From a virus, in IMG/VR virus record IMGVR_UViG_3300009124_000002, positions 55,004 through 119,003 of that record: DNA of 64,000 nt. One strand, written 5' to 3'. A program made the position numbers and the translations under genes. Of this stretch, positions 55,324 to 64,000 are shown in pieces. The first letter of the stretch is position 1; every line of letters begins with the position of its first letter. The notes beneath the pieces were generated by a model. It was given only the letters and a program-made list of their open reading frames with translations. It was not told the DNA's origin and did not search any database.

Positions 55324-58125
55324 TTAACCCTGTCCACCAGCAATTTCAGTGAACTCAACTCCAGTGCGCGTGGCAATGAAGTTCAGGGTAATGAAGTTGA
55401 TACTACGTGCTGGCTTGATATAGATGTCAGCAACGAAACGATTGGAATCGATGACCTGTCCTGTATTGTTTGTCTCGTCACAAACAACCAAGAAGTCAGT
55501 GATACCACGACGACCCTTAACGTCACGAAGGAATGGCTCAACCATGTTACGGAACATGGCGCGAGTAAACTCATCGTTCAGTTCAAAGAGTTGATACTTG
55601 GAAGCAGTCGCAATTGCCTTTTCAAGAACAATGAACAAACGGCGAACATTGATTCTATCGAAGGCAGAAGGCTTGCTCTGAGCAGTCTTGTCACCAAAGA
55701 GAAGAATACCCTGACCGGGGAAGGAAACAATCGGATTGATTCGCTTCTTGTAGAGGGAATCTCTTTGAGCTTGATTCGGATTGATTTTCAACTTGGCAAC
55801 ATCCAGAAGCTGACCGCGATTGTAACCAGCAGGAGAGAACCAAGGATCATTGGTATCGTCAGTGCGAGCACAAAGACCAGCCATGTGACCAGCAGCTTGA
55901 ATATACTCATACTTGTCAGAATACTTGTTGTAGACATACAATGGACTTGAATCAAACACAAGATAATTGCTATTAAGATTCAAGGTCTCATCATAGAATT
56001 CTTCAACATCGCGAGTAGAGTTTGATGTAACTGGAGGTGAAATGAATCCAACACAATCCTTACGCGTATTACAGATAGTGTTAATTGCTTTAGGGACTGT
56101 TGTATCACCATCAACCATTTGTCTTGAAAAGAGAAGGCTCACATCAATAGTCTCTGCATCCTCAAACTTATCGAGACCAGTAACCACACTAGCAACATCA
56201 GGAGAAGCATCCTTACCACCCTCAAGACGAAGAATCTCAACAGTGTTATTTGCAACACTTGGAGCAGTAATGGCATATTGGCTAAGGTTGATTCTATGGA
56301 ACTTGGCAACACGCAATGTGACACCAAAACCATATGTGGATTTCAGTGTCTCAGAACCGAAGTTAAGTAAGTCTCCACCGTAAAGACCCGGCAACAACCC
56401 AGTTAAATCAGTCACTATGGAGCCATAATACGTATTGATGTTTTTCAGGTAACCTCCATCATGCTTCACGGAACCATCCATGATTAGATAAACGCCATCC
56501 TTGTTATTTTGGGGAATACTAGCCACGACTGAACTAGAAGCATTGAACCATGTTTCCAGTGTAAAATTACCACCCATGGTTGGATAGATAGTACTATTCG
56601 AAATACCAGTCTGAAAACTATCGAATGTCAATGTCTCATCTGAATCTTCACCACCCTCAGATCCAAGTTCTTCTGGGATCAGATAAGGCTGTATGTTCGT
56701 GAATGGAATACCAGTAACACCGCTTGATGAGAGTTCACCACCAGTGCCTGTTGCCAGAGCAAGGTTCGAATCGCTTGCAGTTCCTTCAGGAATATTGATG
56801 TTAATCCACTCAACATAATATGCATCATTATCAAGCTGAGTAACGTCATCAGCGAAGTCATTGATAATGATAACATCATTGGCAGACAGACCATCATTAA
56901 TGTTGGTAGCCTTGAATGATTTCCATGTTCCAGCAGAGTTTCTGAGGAGCATTTCACCCTGATTGGAGTAGATAGCAGCAGCATGACTTGTCCCGCCGTC
57001 ATCATTGTTCCACCAAGACTGAGATGTGAATGCTGTTGGAACACCGTGATCAAGATCCTGTGATGCAGGGAAATCATCTTCGGTAACACCACTGTCGATT
57101 GTCATCTTCTTATCTGCCAAGGTGCTCAATTCACTATCAATCAGGAAGAACTTGTCAACAACATTAGTTGCAGTTGATGCCATTCCGGGTTGAAAGTTAT
57201 TGTAGCGGTCTTCGGAGTCTTGAGTGCGGTCAAATGAGTTTACAAAGAACTCAGCATTGCTGATGTAAATCCAATTTGAATCGCGATTGATAACCTCAAG
57301 GAAGTAGTTAGTGCTACCATCATCCTTCTTGGCATCCTTTAGAAGAGAAAGCCCTTTATAGGATTCGAGGATAGTATTTGCTGTTCCACTGATGCCACCA
57401 CCTTGGTCAAAGATGACAATGTTAATTTCATCATTAACAGCAGGAGTTGCACCAAGCGTGTCAATTGCCCACTGTGTAGATGTTGGTTTTGGAAACAATC
57501 CATTCAAAGGTGCAGCAGCTTCTTGTGGTGAAGTTGCAACTTCATATGTGATGGCAATGTTGTTACCCAAAGAACCGGGAAAACGCGCTGCCCAGTCAAA
57601 CCCAGCAACTGCATCAATTGGTTCGTTTGTCCCTTGACTGTCCCCATCGCCGCCGCTTCCACCAATCTCACTCCTAGTGACAACAGTGGGAAGTGAGAGT
57701 GCATCAAACGCATCGTCGTTTTCGATGTATGCGCCAATATCAGCACCGGCTTCATCATCATTGAAGCCAAAAAGAATTTCGTTTCTTTTGTTGACACCAT
57801 CATTGGTTTGTGCTGCTCTCAACTGAGCCGCATTTCTGGCATTCACCAGATTATTGGACTCTGAGCTTTTGACTGCACGAACCACACGAAGAGCATTTCC
57901 GTATTTCAGGAAGGAAGCAGCTTCAAGGTAAGACTTTTGGTTGTTAGTTGTTGGAGGACCGAAAACCTCAACCAACTCTGTCTCGGAAGAGATCAGCGTT
58001 GGCTGGTTTACCGGACCCCATGTAAAATCTCCGACGTATCCACCAATAGATGTGGAAACAGCGGGAATAACATTGGTGAGATCGAGTTCATTGACATCGA
58101 CCCCCGGTGATACTAGGAATCCCAT
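55324..58125 (-). CDS. gp18: Tail sheath protein (long, with inserted domains)
   Basis: FLVSPGV...E.DLT, WGP, PWFSPAG.NRG, SAFDRINVRRLF, IKPARSINFI.LNF.A. Confidence 0.95.
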   Translation of the reverse strand: MGFLVSPGVDVNELDLTNVIPAVSTSIGGYVGDFTWGPVNQPTLISSETELVEVFGPPTTNNQKSYLEAASFLKYGNALRVVRAVKSSESNNLVNARNAAQLRAAQTNDGVNKRNEILFGFNDDEAGADIGAYIENDDAFDALSLPTVVTRSEIGGSGGDGDSQGTNEPIDAVAGFDWAARFPGSLGNNIAITYEVATSPQEAAAPLNGLFPKPTSTQWAIDTLGATPAVNDEINIVIFDQGGGISGTANTILESYKGLSLLKDAKKDDGSTNYFLEVINRDSNWIYISNAEFFVNSFDRTQDSEDRYNNFQPGMASTATNVVDKFFLIDSELSTLADKKMTIDSGVTEDDFPASQDLDHGVPTAFTSQSWWNNDDGGTSHAAAIYSNQGEMLLRNSAGTWKSFKATNINDGLSANDVIIINDFADDVTQLDNDAYYVEWININIPEGTASDSNLALATGTGGELSSSGVTGIPFTNIQPYLIPEELGSEGGEDSDETLTFDSFQTGISNSTIYPTMGGNFTLETWFNASSSVVASIPQNNKDGVYLIMDGSVKHDGGYLKNINTYYGSIVTDLTGLLPGLYGGDLLNFGSETLKSTYGFGVTLRVAKFHRINLSQYAITAPSVANNTVEILRLEGGKDASPDVASVVTGLDKFEDAETIDVSLLFSRQMVDGDTTVPKAINTICNTRKDCVGFISPPVTSNSTRDVEEFYDETLNLNSNYLVFDSSPLYVYNKYSDKYEYIQAAGHMAGLCARTDDTNDPWFSPAGYNRGQLLDVAKLKINPNQAQRDSLYKKRINPIVSFPGQGILLFGDKTAQSKPSAFDRINVRRLFIVLEKAIATASKYQLFELNDEFTRAMFRNMVEPFLRDVKGRRGITDFLVVCDETNNTGQVIDSNRFVADIYIKPARSINFITLNFIATRTGVEFTEIAGGQG

Positions 58126-58192
58126 ATTTGTTTATCTTTCTCTCTTAGGTTAATTATAAGTGTTTGAATCATTACAAGGTGTTCATGTCATC

Positions 58193-58200
58193 TATTTATA
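58193..58200 (-). promoter_or_regulatory. Late promoter for gp18
   Basis: TATAAATA. Confidence 0.75.
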
Positions 58201-58213
58201 ATTTTTCGTTCTT

Positions 58214-59821
58214 TCAGAGGTTATGCCATTCCTGTCTCTGTCGAAGCATCTCCTCATACTCATAATTAGTGGTATCTCCTGCGGGAGCAGAGAAAAACCC
58301 AGCAGGAACCATATCATCCTCAATCTCCTTGGAACGATCCGCATAGAGCATGGATTTGAAATCCAATTCCTCCACCATATCACCAAAGGCATCACTGGAT
58401 GCAAACCATGAGAACAGGACAAGGTTCATCACCAAGTCATCGTGATTACCTTCTGTTGCTGAGTAGGAACCACCCCTTGCAGAAAAGCAGCTAAGTTCTT
58501 CGATTGTGTCTGCATCACGTATCTCAATTTTACTCATCTCAATCAAGTCCTTGAGATTACTACAACCAATTCTTTTGATTCTCTTGGTCATCGTAATACC
58601 AATCCCACCACGCTTGATTGAAGACTCCACAAAGGTGTTCTCATACTCATGCTCATAGTAGACTGCATTACAAACTACCTGACCAGCATCATTGCTTTCA
58701 ATCAGGACCATTGCCTCATTATAGAGGTTTGCAATCTTCACAATGATATCAGGAAACAGCAGTGGTGAGACCATGTTGTTTCGATAGACACAAACTTGCT
58801 TGAATGGTCTTGCAGTTATATCAATGATATTGAAGGTAGAATAGTCCTGCCCACGACCACGACTGGTATCTACTGCCATGATGTATCGATGACCCTCTTC
58901 GGGTTTGTCATAGAATCTCAGACCCAAATCTTCTTTGTATTCTATTGCAGTTTTTGCCTTTAACCCCAGAAGTTTATCAGTAGCAATCAGGGTATCCGAA
59001 TGACCTATTGCAGCATTGCCAAACTCTTGATCGAATTGTAGCTGTGATGTGTTTGCGATTGTTTGTTTCTTCCATTCCTCATCTCGACCGGGAACATCCC
59101 ACCAATCCACACGAAATGGTTTGAAGTCATTTGTTCCCTGAATAGCACCCTGCCAGATATTATAGAACACATTACCAATACCGTTCATTGTGGAAGTAAT
59201 GATGACTTTAGTGGTTTTACCAGAGGTGATAACAGGATAGGTGGAGGTATAGAACTTGTTTGCTTGTTCCACGAATGCAAACTCATCAAGGAACAGAAGA
59301 TTGATAGAGAGACCACGAATTGAACTACCAGAGGTTGCTGCTGCAATGATCTCACTGTTATTTGAAAACTCAATGTTACCTTTATTGAGTGCTCGACATC
59401 CCGGCTGAAGAAAGAATGGAAGATTCTCCAATGCCAGAGTCACACGGGAAAGCATCTCCCTTGCAGTAGCACCTTTGTTTGCCAGAATCGCAATGGTCTT
59501 CTCTGGGTGAAAAATTGCATACCAGAGGATATAACCAACACTTGAAATGGATTTACCGGATTGACGACAAGCAAGAACAATAGAGAAACGATTGTCATTG
59601 AAGTGTTGAAACATCTTTCTCTGGTATGGATATGGAGAGAATGGAACCAGACCTTTATCAAGGTGAATGATTCTCATGTAGTTTTCTATAAAGTATGCGG
59701 GACATGCCATGCACTTTGCATACTCTTGAACCTCTTCTTTGGTGAAGGATTGCTCGACGCCGTCCCTCTTCACGCGAGGGTTGCCGAGATATCCAAGGTC
59801 ATTGTTCTGAACTCTCTGCAT
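58214..59821 (-). CDS. gp17: Terminase large subunit
   Basis: YLGNP..K, RQSGKS, LANK...A.E, LDEFAF, VD.SRG.GQDYS, HDDLVM. Confidence 0.97.
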   Translation of the reverse strand: MQRVQNNDLGYLGNPRVKRDGVEQSFTKEEVQEYAKCMACPAYFIENYMRIIHLDKGLVPFSPYPYQRKMFQHFNDNRFSIVLACRQSGKSISSVGYILWYAIFHPEKTIAILANKGATAREMLSRVTLALENLPFFLQPGCRALNKGNIEFSNNSEIIAAATSGSSIRGLSINLLFLDEFAFVEQANKFYTSTYPVITSGKTTKVIITSTMNGIGNVFYNIWQGAIQGTNDFKPFRVDWWDVPGRDEEWKKQTIANTSQLQFDQEFGNAAIGHSDTLIATDKLLGLKAKTAIEYKEDLGLRFYDKPEEGHRYIMAVDTSRGRGQDYSTFNIIDITARPFKQVCVYRNNMVSPLLFPDIIVKIANLYNEAMVLIESNDAGQVVCNAVYYEHEYENTFVESSIKRGGIGITMTKRIKRIGCSNLKDLIEMSKIEIRDADTIEELSCFSARGGSYSATEGNHDDLVMNLVLFSWFASSDAFGDMVEELDFKSMLYADRSKEIEDDMVPAGFFSAPAGDTTNYEYEEMLRQRQEWHNL

Positions 59822-60212
59822 CTATGACGACTTCATTCTTCAGTATCTTCTGTAGTTCACTTGTGGAACCAACAAAGATAGCATTATTATTGGTGACTTC
59901 CTGTTTCTTCTCTTCCTCCTTATGGAGAGCCTTGCGCTCCTTCTGGAGTTTCATGAGTTCAGTGGTCATGTCACTGGTGTTCTTGATCATCTGAGAGACA
60001 ACTTCAAATGCTCTTGGGTGTTCAGCTTCCATTGCCAGCCCCATAGCAGCATCAATAGCCCCTTCTGCACGGTCAATCAGACTCTTGAACTTCTCGCGGG
60101 AATACTCATAGTCTTCCTCTGCATCACGAACAGTTTCAGACTCTTTTGGTTTCACCGCAGGTTTCTGTGGCATGTGTTTCTCAAGATTCTTTGTGATGTC
60201 ATCTTTGTTCAT
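59799..60212 (-). CDS. gp16: Terminase small subunit
   Basis: DYEYSR, HPRAFEV, NNAIFVGSTSELQK. Confidence 0.92.
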   Translation of the reverse strand: MNKDDITKNLEKHMPQKPAVKPKESETVRDAEEDYEYSREKFKSLIDRAEGAIDAAMGLAMEAEHPRAFEVVSQMIKNTSDMTTELMKLQKERKALHKEEEKKQEVTNNNAIFVGSTSELQKILKNEVVIDAESSEQ

Positions 60213-60451
60213 GTTAAAACTAATTGAGAACTATCTGTGAGAACTACACGATTATCATCACTCAAGATTAAGAAGGTGAATTCTACACTGGAATCCACAC
60301 CGAAATCCACGCGGGTAAGAACAGCGGTTACTCTGCCTACTTCTTGAAGTTCACTGGTGATATTTGAGACCCTTTGTAAAAGACCACGAACAGCATTGGT
60401 CTTTTTAAAAACAACTGTGATAGGGTTTCTAGTTTCAGATTCCATCATCAC
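60209..60451 (-). CDS. Small hypothetical late protein
   Basis: Fills the gp15-gp16 gap with overlapping stop/start. Confidence 0.45.
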   Translation of the reverse strand: MMMESETRNPITVVFKKTNAVRGLLQRVSNITSELQEVGRVTAVLTRVDFGVDSSVEFTFLILSDDNRVVLTDSSQLVLT

Positions 60452-61184
60452 TATCAGTTATGACTCTTGGGATACTATCATCGCTTTCAGAGTCAGCAGT
60501 ATATCCAACCTCCTCAAGAAATCCATCATTACCCTTATCAAAGAAGTCAATATCAACATCCAAGATAATAGCCTGTTCACTGACACCACCAGCAAATTTG
60601 ACCTTCACTGAAAAGGTCAGGGTATATACAATCAACTGGCGAGCTGTAAAGTCTCCTTCATACTCATTTGAGAATGAAGTTCCAGTAAGAACAATCGGGA
60701 CATCAGTGCGACTTCCCGGTCCCTCAAAATCCTTGACAGTGACTGTATATTCAGGTGCAAATGTTGGTAGAATCTGCTCAACAATCTGAAGTGCTTCATC
60801 TTGTGTCTTGGACATGATATTCAGGTCCATTGTTATAATGTAGGGAACGCTTTGACGAACTGTTCTCCTTCTCGTCTCGTCGCCATTCGTCATCGCAAAT
60901 GTTCTCTTGTTTCCCTTGTTCAACTTCTGAGAGGAATCATAAGAGATATCTGATATTTCAAAACTCATACGAGGAAGCTTGATTGCAATTGCTTGCTCTT
61001 CAAGTTTCTCTAGTTCATCAATACGTGCCAGAAACTTCTCAAGGGGACCATATGCAAGAGGAACCTTGGTGGCAGAGAGAACACGATCACCACTCGTCTT
61101 TCGAACCTGAATGTTATTGAACAGACTGCCGAAAACAGAGACTGTTTTGCGAATGGTTTTGTTATAAAAATATGCTCCTAACAT
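60435..61184 (-). CDS. gp15: Tail sheath stabiliser / terminator
   Basis: FY..TIRK.V..FG.LFNNI, VPLAYGP.EKFLAR, LPRMSFE, QI.EQILP.F.P. Confidence 0.92.
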   Translation of the reverse strand: MLGAYFYNKTIRKTVSVFGSLFNNIQVRKTSGDRVLSATKVPLAYGPLEKFLARIDELEKLEEQAIAIKLPRMSFEISDISYDSSQKLNKGNKRTFAMTNGDETRRRTVRQSVPYIITMDLNIMSKTQDEALQIVEQILPTFAPEYTVTVKDFEGPGSRTDVPIVLTGTSFSNEYEGDFTARQLIVYTLTFSVKVKFAGGVSEQAIILDVDIDFFDKGNDGFLEEVGYTADSESDDSIPRVITDSDDGI

Positions 61185-62095
61185 TAGTCAGTAAAATTGA
61201 TTTCTCCAAAAGGATTGGTCTCTGTGAAGTCAACAAAGTCATTACCAATCGTTTCGAATTGATTGTTCTGTGCTTGAGCGTCTACCTCCTCTAGTGCAGT
61301 CATGTCATCAGTAACAGCAGTGACAGGACGAGTTGCCCCACTACGCTGCCCAATAAGGTTACCAACAGATCCAGCAGTTACCTGCCAGAAGGTATCGCTA
61401 CCATTATCAGAATCGCGAGTCTGGACAACCTTAATTGTTGTGGTGCTAACAGAGGCAACTTCACCAGTAATTGTTGTATCAGAATCAAGAACTTGCGTGA
61501 CTTCTTCGCCATACTGGAATGTTCCACTGCCGGATGTAGTGGAGATTGTGAGGATGCTTCTGAAGGCTTCATTGCGTTCAACATCATCAATCTCAAGAAC
61601 ACCAGTATCGATTTGCTCATTACCATACTCAAAGAGTTCACAAGTGAGTTCATATGTGGGGAGATTCTGAAGTTGGTAGAAAGGCGAATCACCAACTGCA
61701 TACTTGATTTCAAAGAGTCCGTTAACAAGAGGAAAGTAAATCAAGTCACCTTCTGCTGGTCTTACAGATTGAGTAACCTTGAATCGCCCAACAAGTTCTT
61801 CCCATCTCTTACGAGCAACAACCAGCTTGACCTGATCGCGAATCTCTAGACCAAACTTTGAAATGAATTGACCATCGCCCTCGAAACCATCAACATTTGA
61901 GACATACATCTCAACCTTGAATGCATCACCAAACTTTGACTGGATTGTCTCGTTGAGAATGGTATCTCGATTGACGATGTTTCGAGGAAGATAGTAAACC
62001 TCATGACCATAAATTTGCAAAGCTTCAATGATTAGATTCTCTTGAAGTCTCTGCTCGTTAGTGGTCCCAAGGGAGATGTAAGGATTACGCGGCAT
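61184..62095 (-). CDS. gp14: Neck protein
   Basis: YG..VYYLPR, SKFGLEIRD, RP.EGDLIYFP, PFYQL, CELFEY, DF.E.NPFG. Confidence 0.93.
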   Translation of the reverse strand: MPRNPYISLGTTNEQRLQENLIIEALQIYGHEVYYLPRNIVNRDTILNETIQSKFGDAFKVEMYVSNVDGFEGDGQFISKFGLEIRDQVKLVVARKRWEELVGRFKVTQSVRPAEGDLIYFPLVNGLFEIKYAVGDSPFYQLQNLPTYELTCELFEYGNEQIDTGVLEIDDVERNEAFRSILTISTTSGSGTFQYGEEVTQVLDSDTTITGEVASVSTTTIKVVQTRDSDNGSDTFWQVTAGSVGNLIGQRSGATRPVTAVTDDMTALEEVDAQAQNNQFETIGNDFVDFTETNPFGEINFTD

Positions 62096-62098
62096 ATC

Positions 62099-62851
62099 TT
62101 ATCCTACGAAGAAGTCGGGTGGATCTTCGTGATTCAACCTCAACTGTTCTTCTAGCTTTTCGATTTCTGCATTTGCATCATCAAAGGTCTGACGACCGTT
62201 CAGTGTAACTCCACCGGGAAGCTGAATACCTTCAAACTTAATGAGGTTCAAGCCCCACTGTCTCTTGAAGAGTGCTGTGACATACCTCTTCAGCCACATA
62301 TCATTATAGACATTAGTATAGGTCTCTGGGTCAAGCGTTTCGTATCCCTCAAAGACAATGTATTGCCCAGCAGTAATATCTGTTCCCCAGCGAATAGAGT
62401 CGAGTTTTACAATATTCTGATGCCTGTTAAATGTAACCTGTTCAGTAACACCATTAATCTTCAGATCAATCAGTGACATATACTGCTTCGTCAACTCATA
62501 CGAAAGTAAATCGCCGGGATCACGAAGACCAAAGAGGTCGTTCATATGAAGCTGATAGTCAATAGAGAAATCACCAACAGAAGAATTGGCACCCTTTACA
62601 GGAAGCACTCTTCGAATATACAGGAGACTTTCTGGAACAGTGATATATTCATTGGTAATATCAGCAGCAGTGACTTCATGTTTACGGTAGTTCCGAACAA
62701 TGGCATCACTGTGATACTCTTGGTAATACTGAATTGCCTCATCGATTCGGTCCTCCATCTGATCGTCATCTAGATTGACTTCAATCACTGGATGACCAAG
62801 AGCACGAAGGCAATAGTCTGAAAGTGCTGTTCTGGAACTTGGTGTTGCCAT
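62099..62851 (-). CDS. gp13: Neck protein
   Basis: YCLRALG.PVIEVN....Q.EDRIDEA, WLKRY.TAL.KRQWG.NL.KF, LPGGVTLNG. Confidence 0.95.
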   Translation of the reverse strand: MATPSSRTALSDYCLRALGHPVIEVNLDDDQMEDRIDEAIQYYQEYHSDAIVRNYRKHEVTAADITNEYITVPESLLYIRRVLPVKGANSSVGDFSIDYQLHMNDLFGLRDPGDLLSYELTKQYMSLIDLKINGVTEQVTFNRHQNIVKLDSIRWGTDITAGQYIVFEGYETLDPETYTNVYNDMWLKRYVTALFKRQWGLNLIKFEGIQLPGGVTLNGRQTFDDANAEIEKLEEQLRLNHEDPPDFFVG

Positions 62852-62926
62852 AATGGTTTATTGATTAAAGGTCTGCCTTACTTGTGCTATTTACTGTGGA
62901 TGTTGCTACTGTTTCAGCCATATTTC

Positions 62927-63001
62927 TATTTATCCTGTTAATCTATCAGAGGGTTTCATTCACAGATGAAACTCAAGTAACCATTGGTTTCTCTATTTAT
63001 A
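62927..63001 (-). promoter_or_regulatory. Tandem late promoters upstream of gp13
   Basis: TATAAATA 62994-63001 and GATAAATA 62927-62934, with a GTTTCAT/ATGAAAC hairpin between them. Confidence 0.6.
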
Positions 63002-63562
63002 CAATCTCTCATATCCTCCAGCAAGAAAGTCTTCATAATGCAGGAAGTATATCAACTCAGCATGTTCTGGAGACAAATCCATTTCTACCTTGTTCTCTGT
63101 CTTATTTCTGTGTGGAATTGGAATTCTCTCATTGGTGCTTGGGTGATACACTATTAGGTTGTGCTTTTCTAGTTCCTCTTCCAGATTCTCGACACGAATA
63201 ACACAATCATGATCTCGATAGATTACAGTCACGGGCATACACACTGGTTGTTTTGAGTGAGTATAAAGCCATTTCTCGAAATCTATTTTTTCATGATGAT
63301 TATAGTGCCACCAGTATTGACTAATCACACGTTCATATGGATTACGGACTGGCAGGATTTTTTTGTATATGTTCTTGACATCATCAGGAACACCAATCGA
63401 GTGTCTGCTGACACGAGTAATCTGGCGATAGTTGTAGTCGGGATTTTCACCAGCAATCGGATAGAATTTCCCACGATTGTTGGAAAAGTAGGCTTGAATC
63501 GTTGACGAGTAATTCTTGAACGGAGTGTATATCACCACCTTATGCTCATGTGAGTATATCAT
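62993..63562 (-). CDS. Sulfotransferase-family protein
   Basis: IY..FKN.SSTI (5'-PSB-like), VRNPYERVISQY (3'-PB), IRVENL, EDF...GY. Confidence 0.75.
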   Translation of the reverse strand: MIYSHEHKVVIYTPFKNYSSTIQAYFSNNRGKFYPIAGENPDYNYRQITRVSRHSIGVPDDVKNIYKKILPVRNPYERVISQYWWHYNHHEKIDFEKWLYTHSKQPVCMPVTVIYRDHDCVIRVENLEEELEKHNLIVYHPSTNERIPIPHRNKTENKVEMDLSPEHAELIYFLHYEDFLAGGYERLYK

Positions 63563-64000
63563 AATAATTCGGAAATTCTGATTTTAAAAACTCCAACTTG
63601 GTTGATCCATTACATGGATCTCCAGCATAGTGTACATTTTTGCTTTTATCGAGGTTTATGTTTTCTATTTTATGCTGCTCTATGTAATAAATCAAAAAGT
63701 GATCTTCCAATAAAGAAGTGTTTGATGCTTCATTATAATTGAAATAGGTATTCAAAAAGCTCTGCTCAAAGAAATACTCTTTTTGCCATAAATGAGTTAT
63801 GAACTTAACATTGGTAAAATGTCTAGCCATAGCAACCGAAGCTAACATCAGAAACTGTCCAGCGTTAAATGGTTTTATTTTTAGTTCTTCTAGTCGCTTT
63901 ATTTTTTCTTTTGTATATCGAGTTATGTTGTGGTATTTAGAGTTGTGAATTTCGTAACCGCAGCCTTCGTGCATCAGCGAGTATATTTTATGATCTTCTA
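63546..64000 (-). CDS. Partial GT8-like glycosyltransferase (5' end outside the window)
   Basis: PFNAGQF, EQSFLN.YF, VHYAG. Confidence 0.65.
   Translation of the reverse strand, partial: EDHKIYSLMHEGCGYEIHNSKYHNITRYTKEKIKRLEELKIKPFNAGQFLMLASVAMARHFTNVKFITHLWQKEYFFEQSFLNTYFNYNEASNTSLLEDHFLIYYIEQHKIENINLDKSKNVHYAGDPCNGSTKLEFLKSEFPNYYDILT

Noticed and set aside
1-64000. Stop-codon reassignment, introns or inteins in core genes
   Set aside because: gp43, gp41, gp17, gp20, gp23, nrdJ and gp46 are intact and of normal length under the standard code, and all three stop codons are used.
1-64000. tRNA or rRNA genes
   Set aside because: Intergenic gaps are short and explained by promoters, terminators or micro-ORFs; no cloverleaf was recognised by eye (tRNAscan not run).

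Overview
This is a 64-kb segment of a T4-like (Tevenvirinae/Kyanoviridae-like) myovirus genome. It is coded almost entirely on the minus strand and reads in the standard genetic code. In transcription order (right to left) it holds: the end of a glycosyl/sulfotransferase cluster; neck, tail and head genes gp13-gp23 and gp3; a GIY-YIG/NUMOD3 homing endonuclease; uvsY, uvsW, gp55, gp47 and gp46; an early CobT/CobS-like pair; the replisome (gp45, gp44, gp62, regA, hsp20, gp43, an AEP-like primase); a five-gene putative DNA-base hypermodification operon; small early genes; nucleotide metabolism and recombination (dCMP deaminase, uvsX, dUTPase, thyX, gp41); a ~9-kb late island of capsid-targeted, protease-cleavable cargo proteins; a class II RNR; and a second glycosyl/methyltransferase cluster. 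Two systems stand out. (1) 27034-31326 encodes an Ntn amidotransferase, GNAT, amino acid:DNA transferase-like protein, TET/JBP dioxygenase and P-loop kinase. Three of these carry gp43-like clamp-binding tails, and the phage makes ordinary dTTP, which suggests a post-replicative, replisome-tethered route to a hypermodified thymine. (2) 8872-17640 encodes proteins with T4 IP-like capsid-targeting N-termini and Glu-rich cleavage linkers, one of which holds repeat-bounded swappable cargo cassettes. All calls come from motif recognition by eye; no database searches were run. No tRNA, rRNA or CRISPR array was seen.
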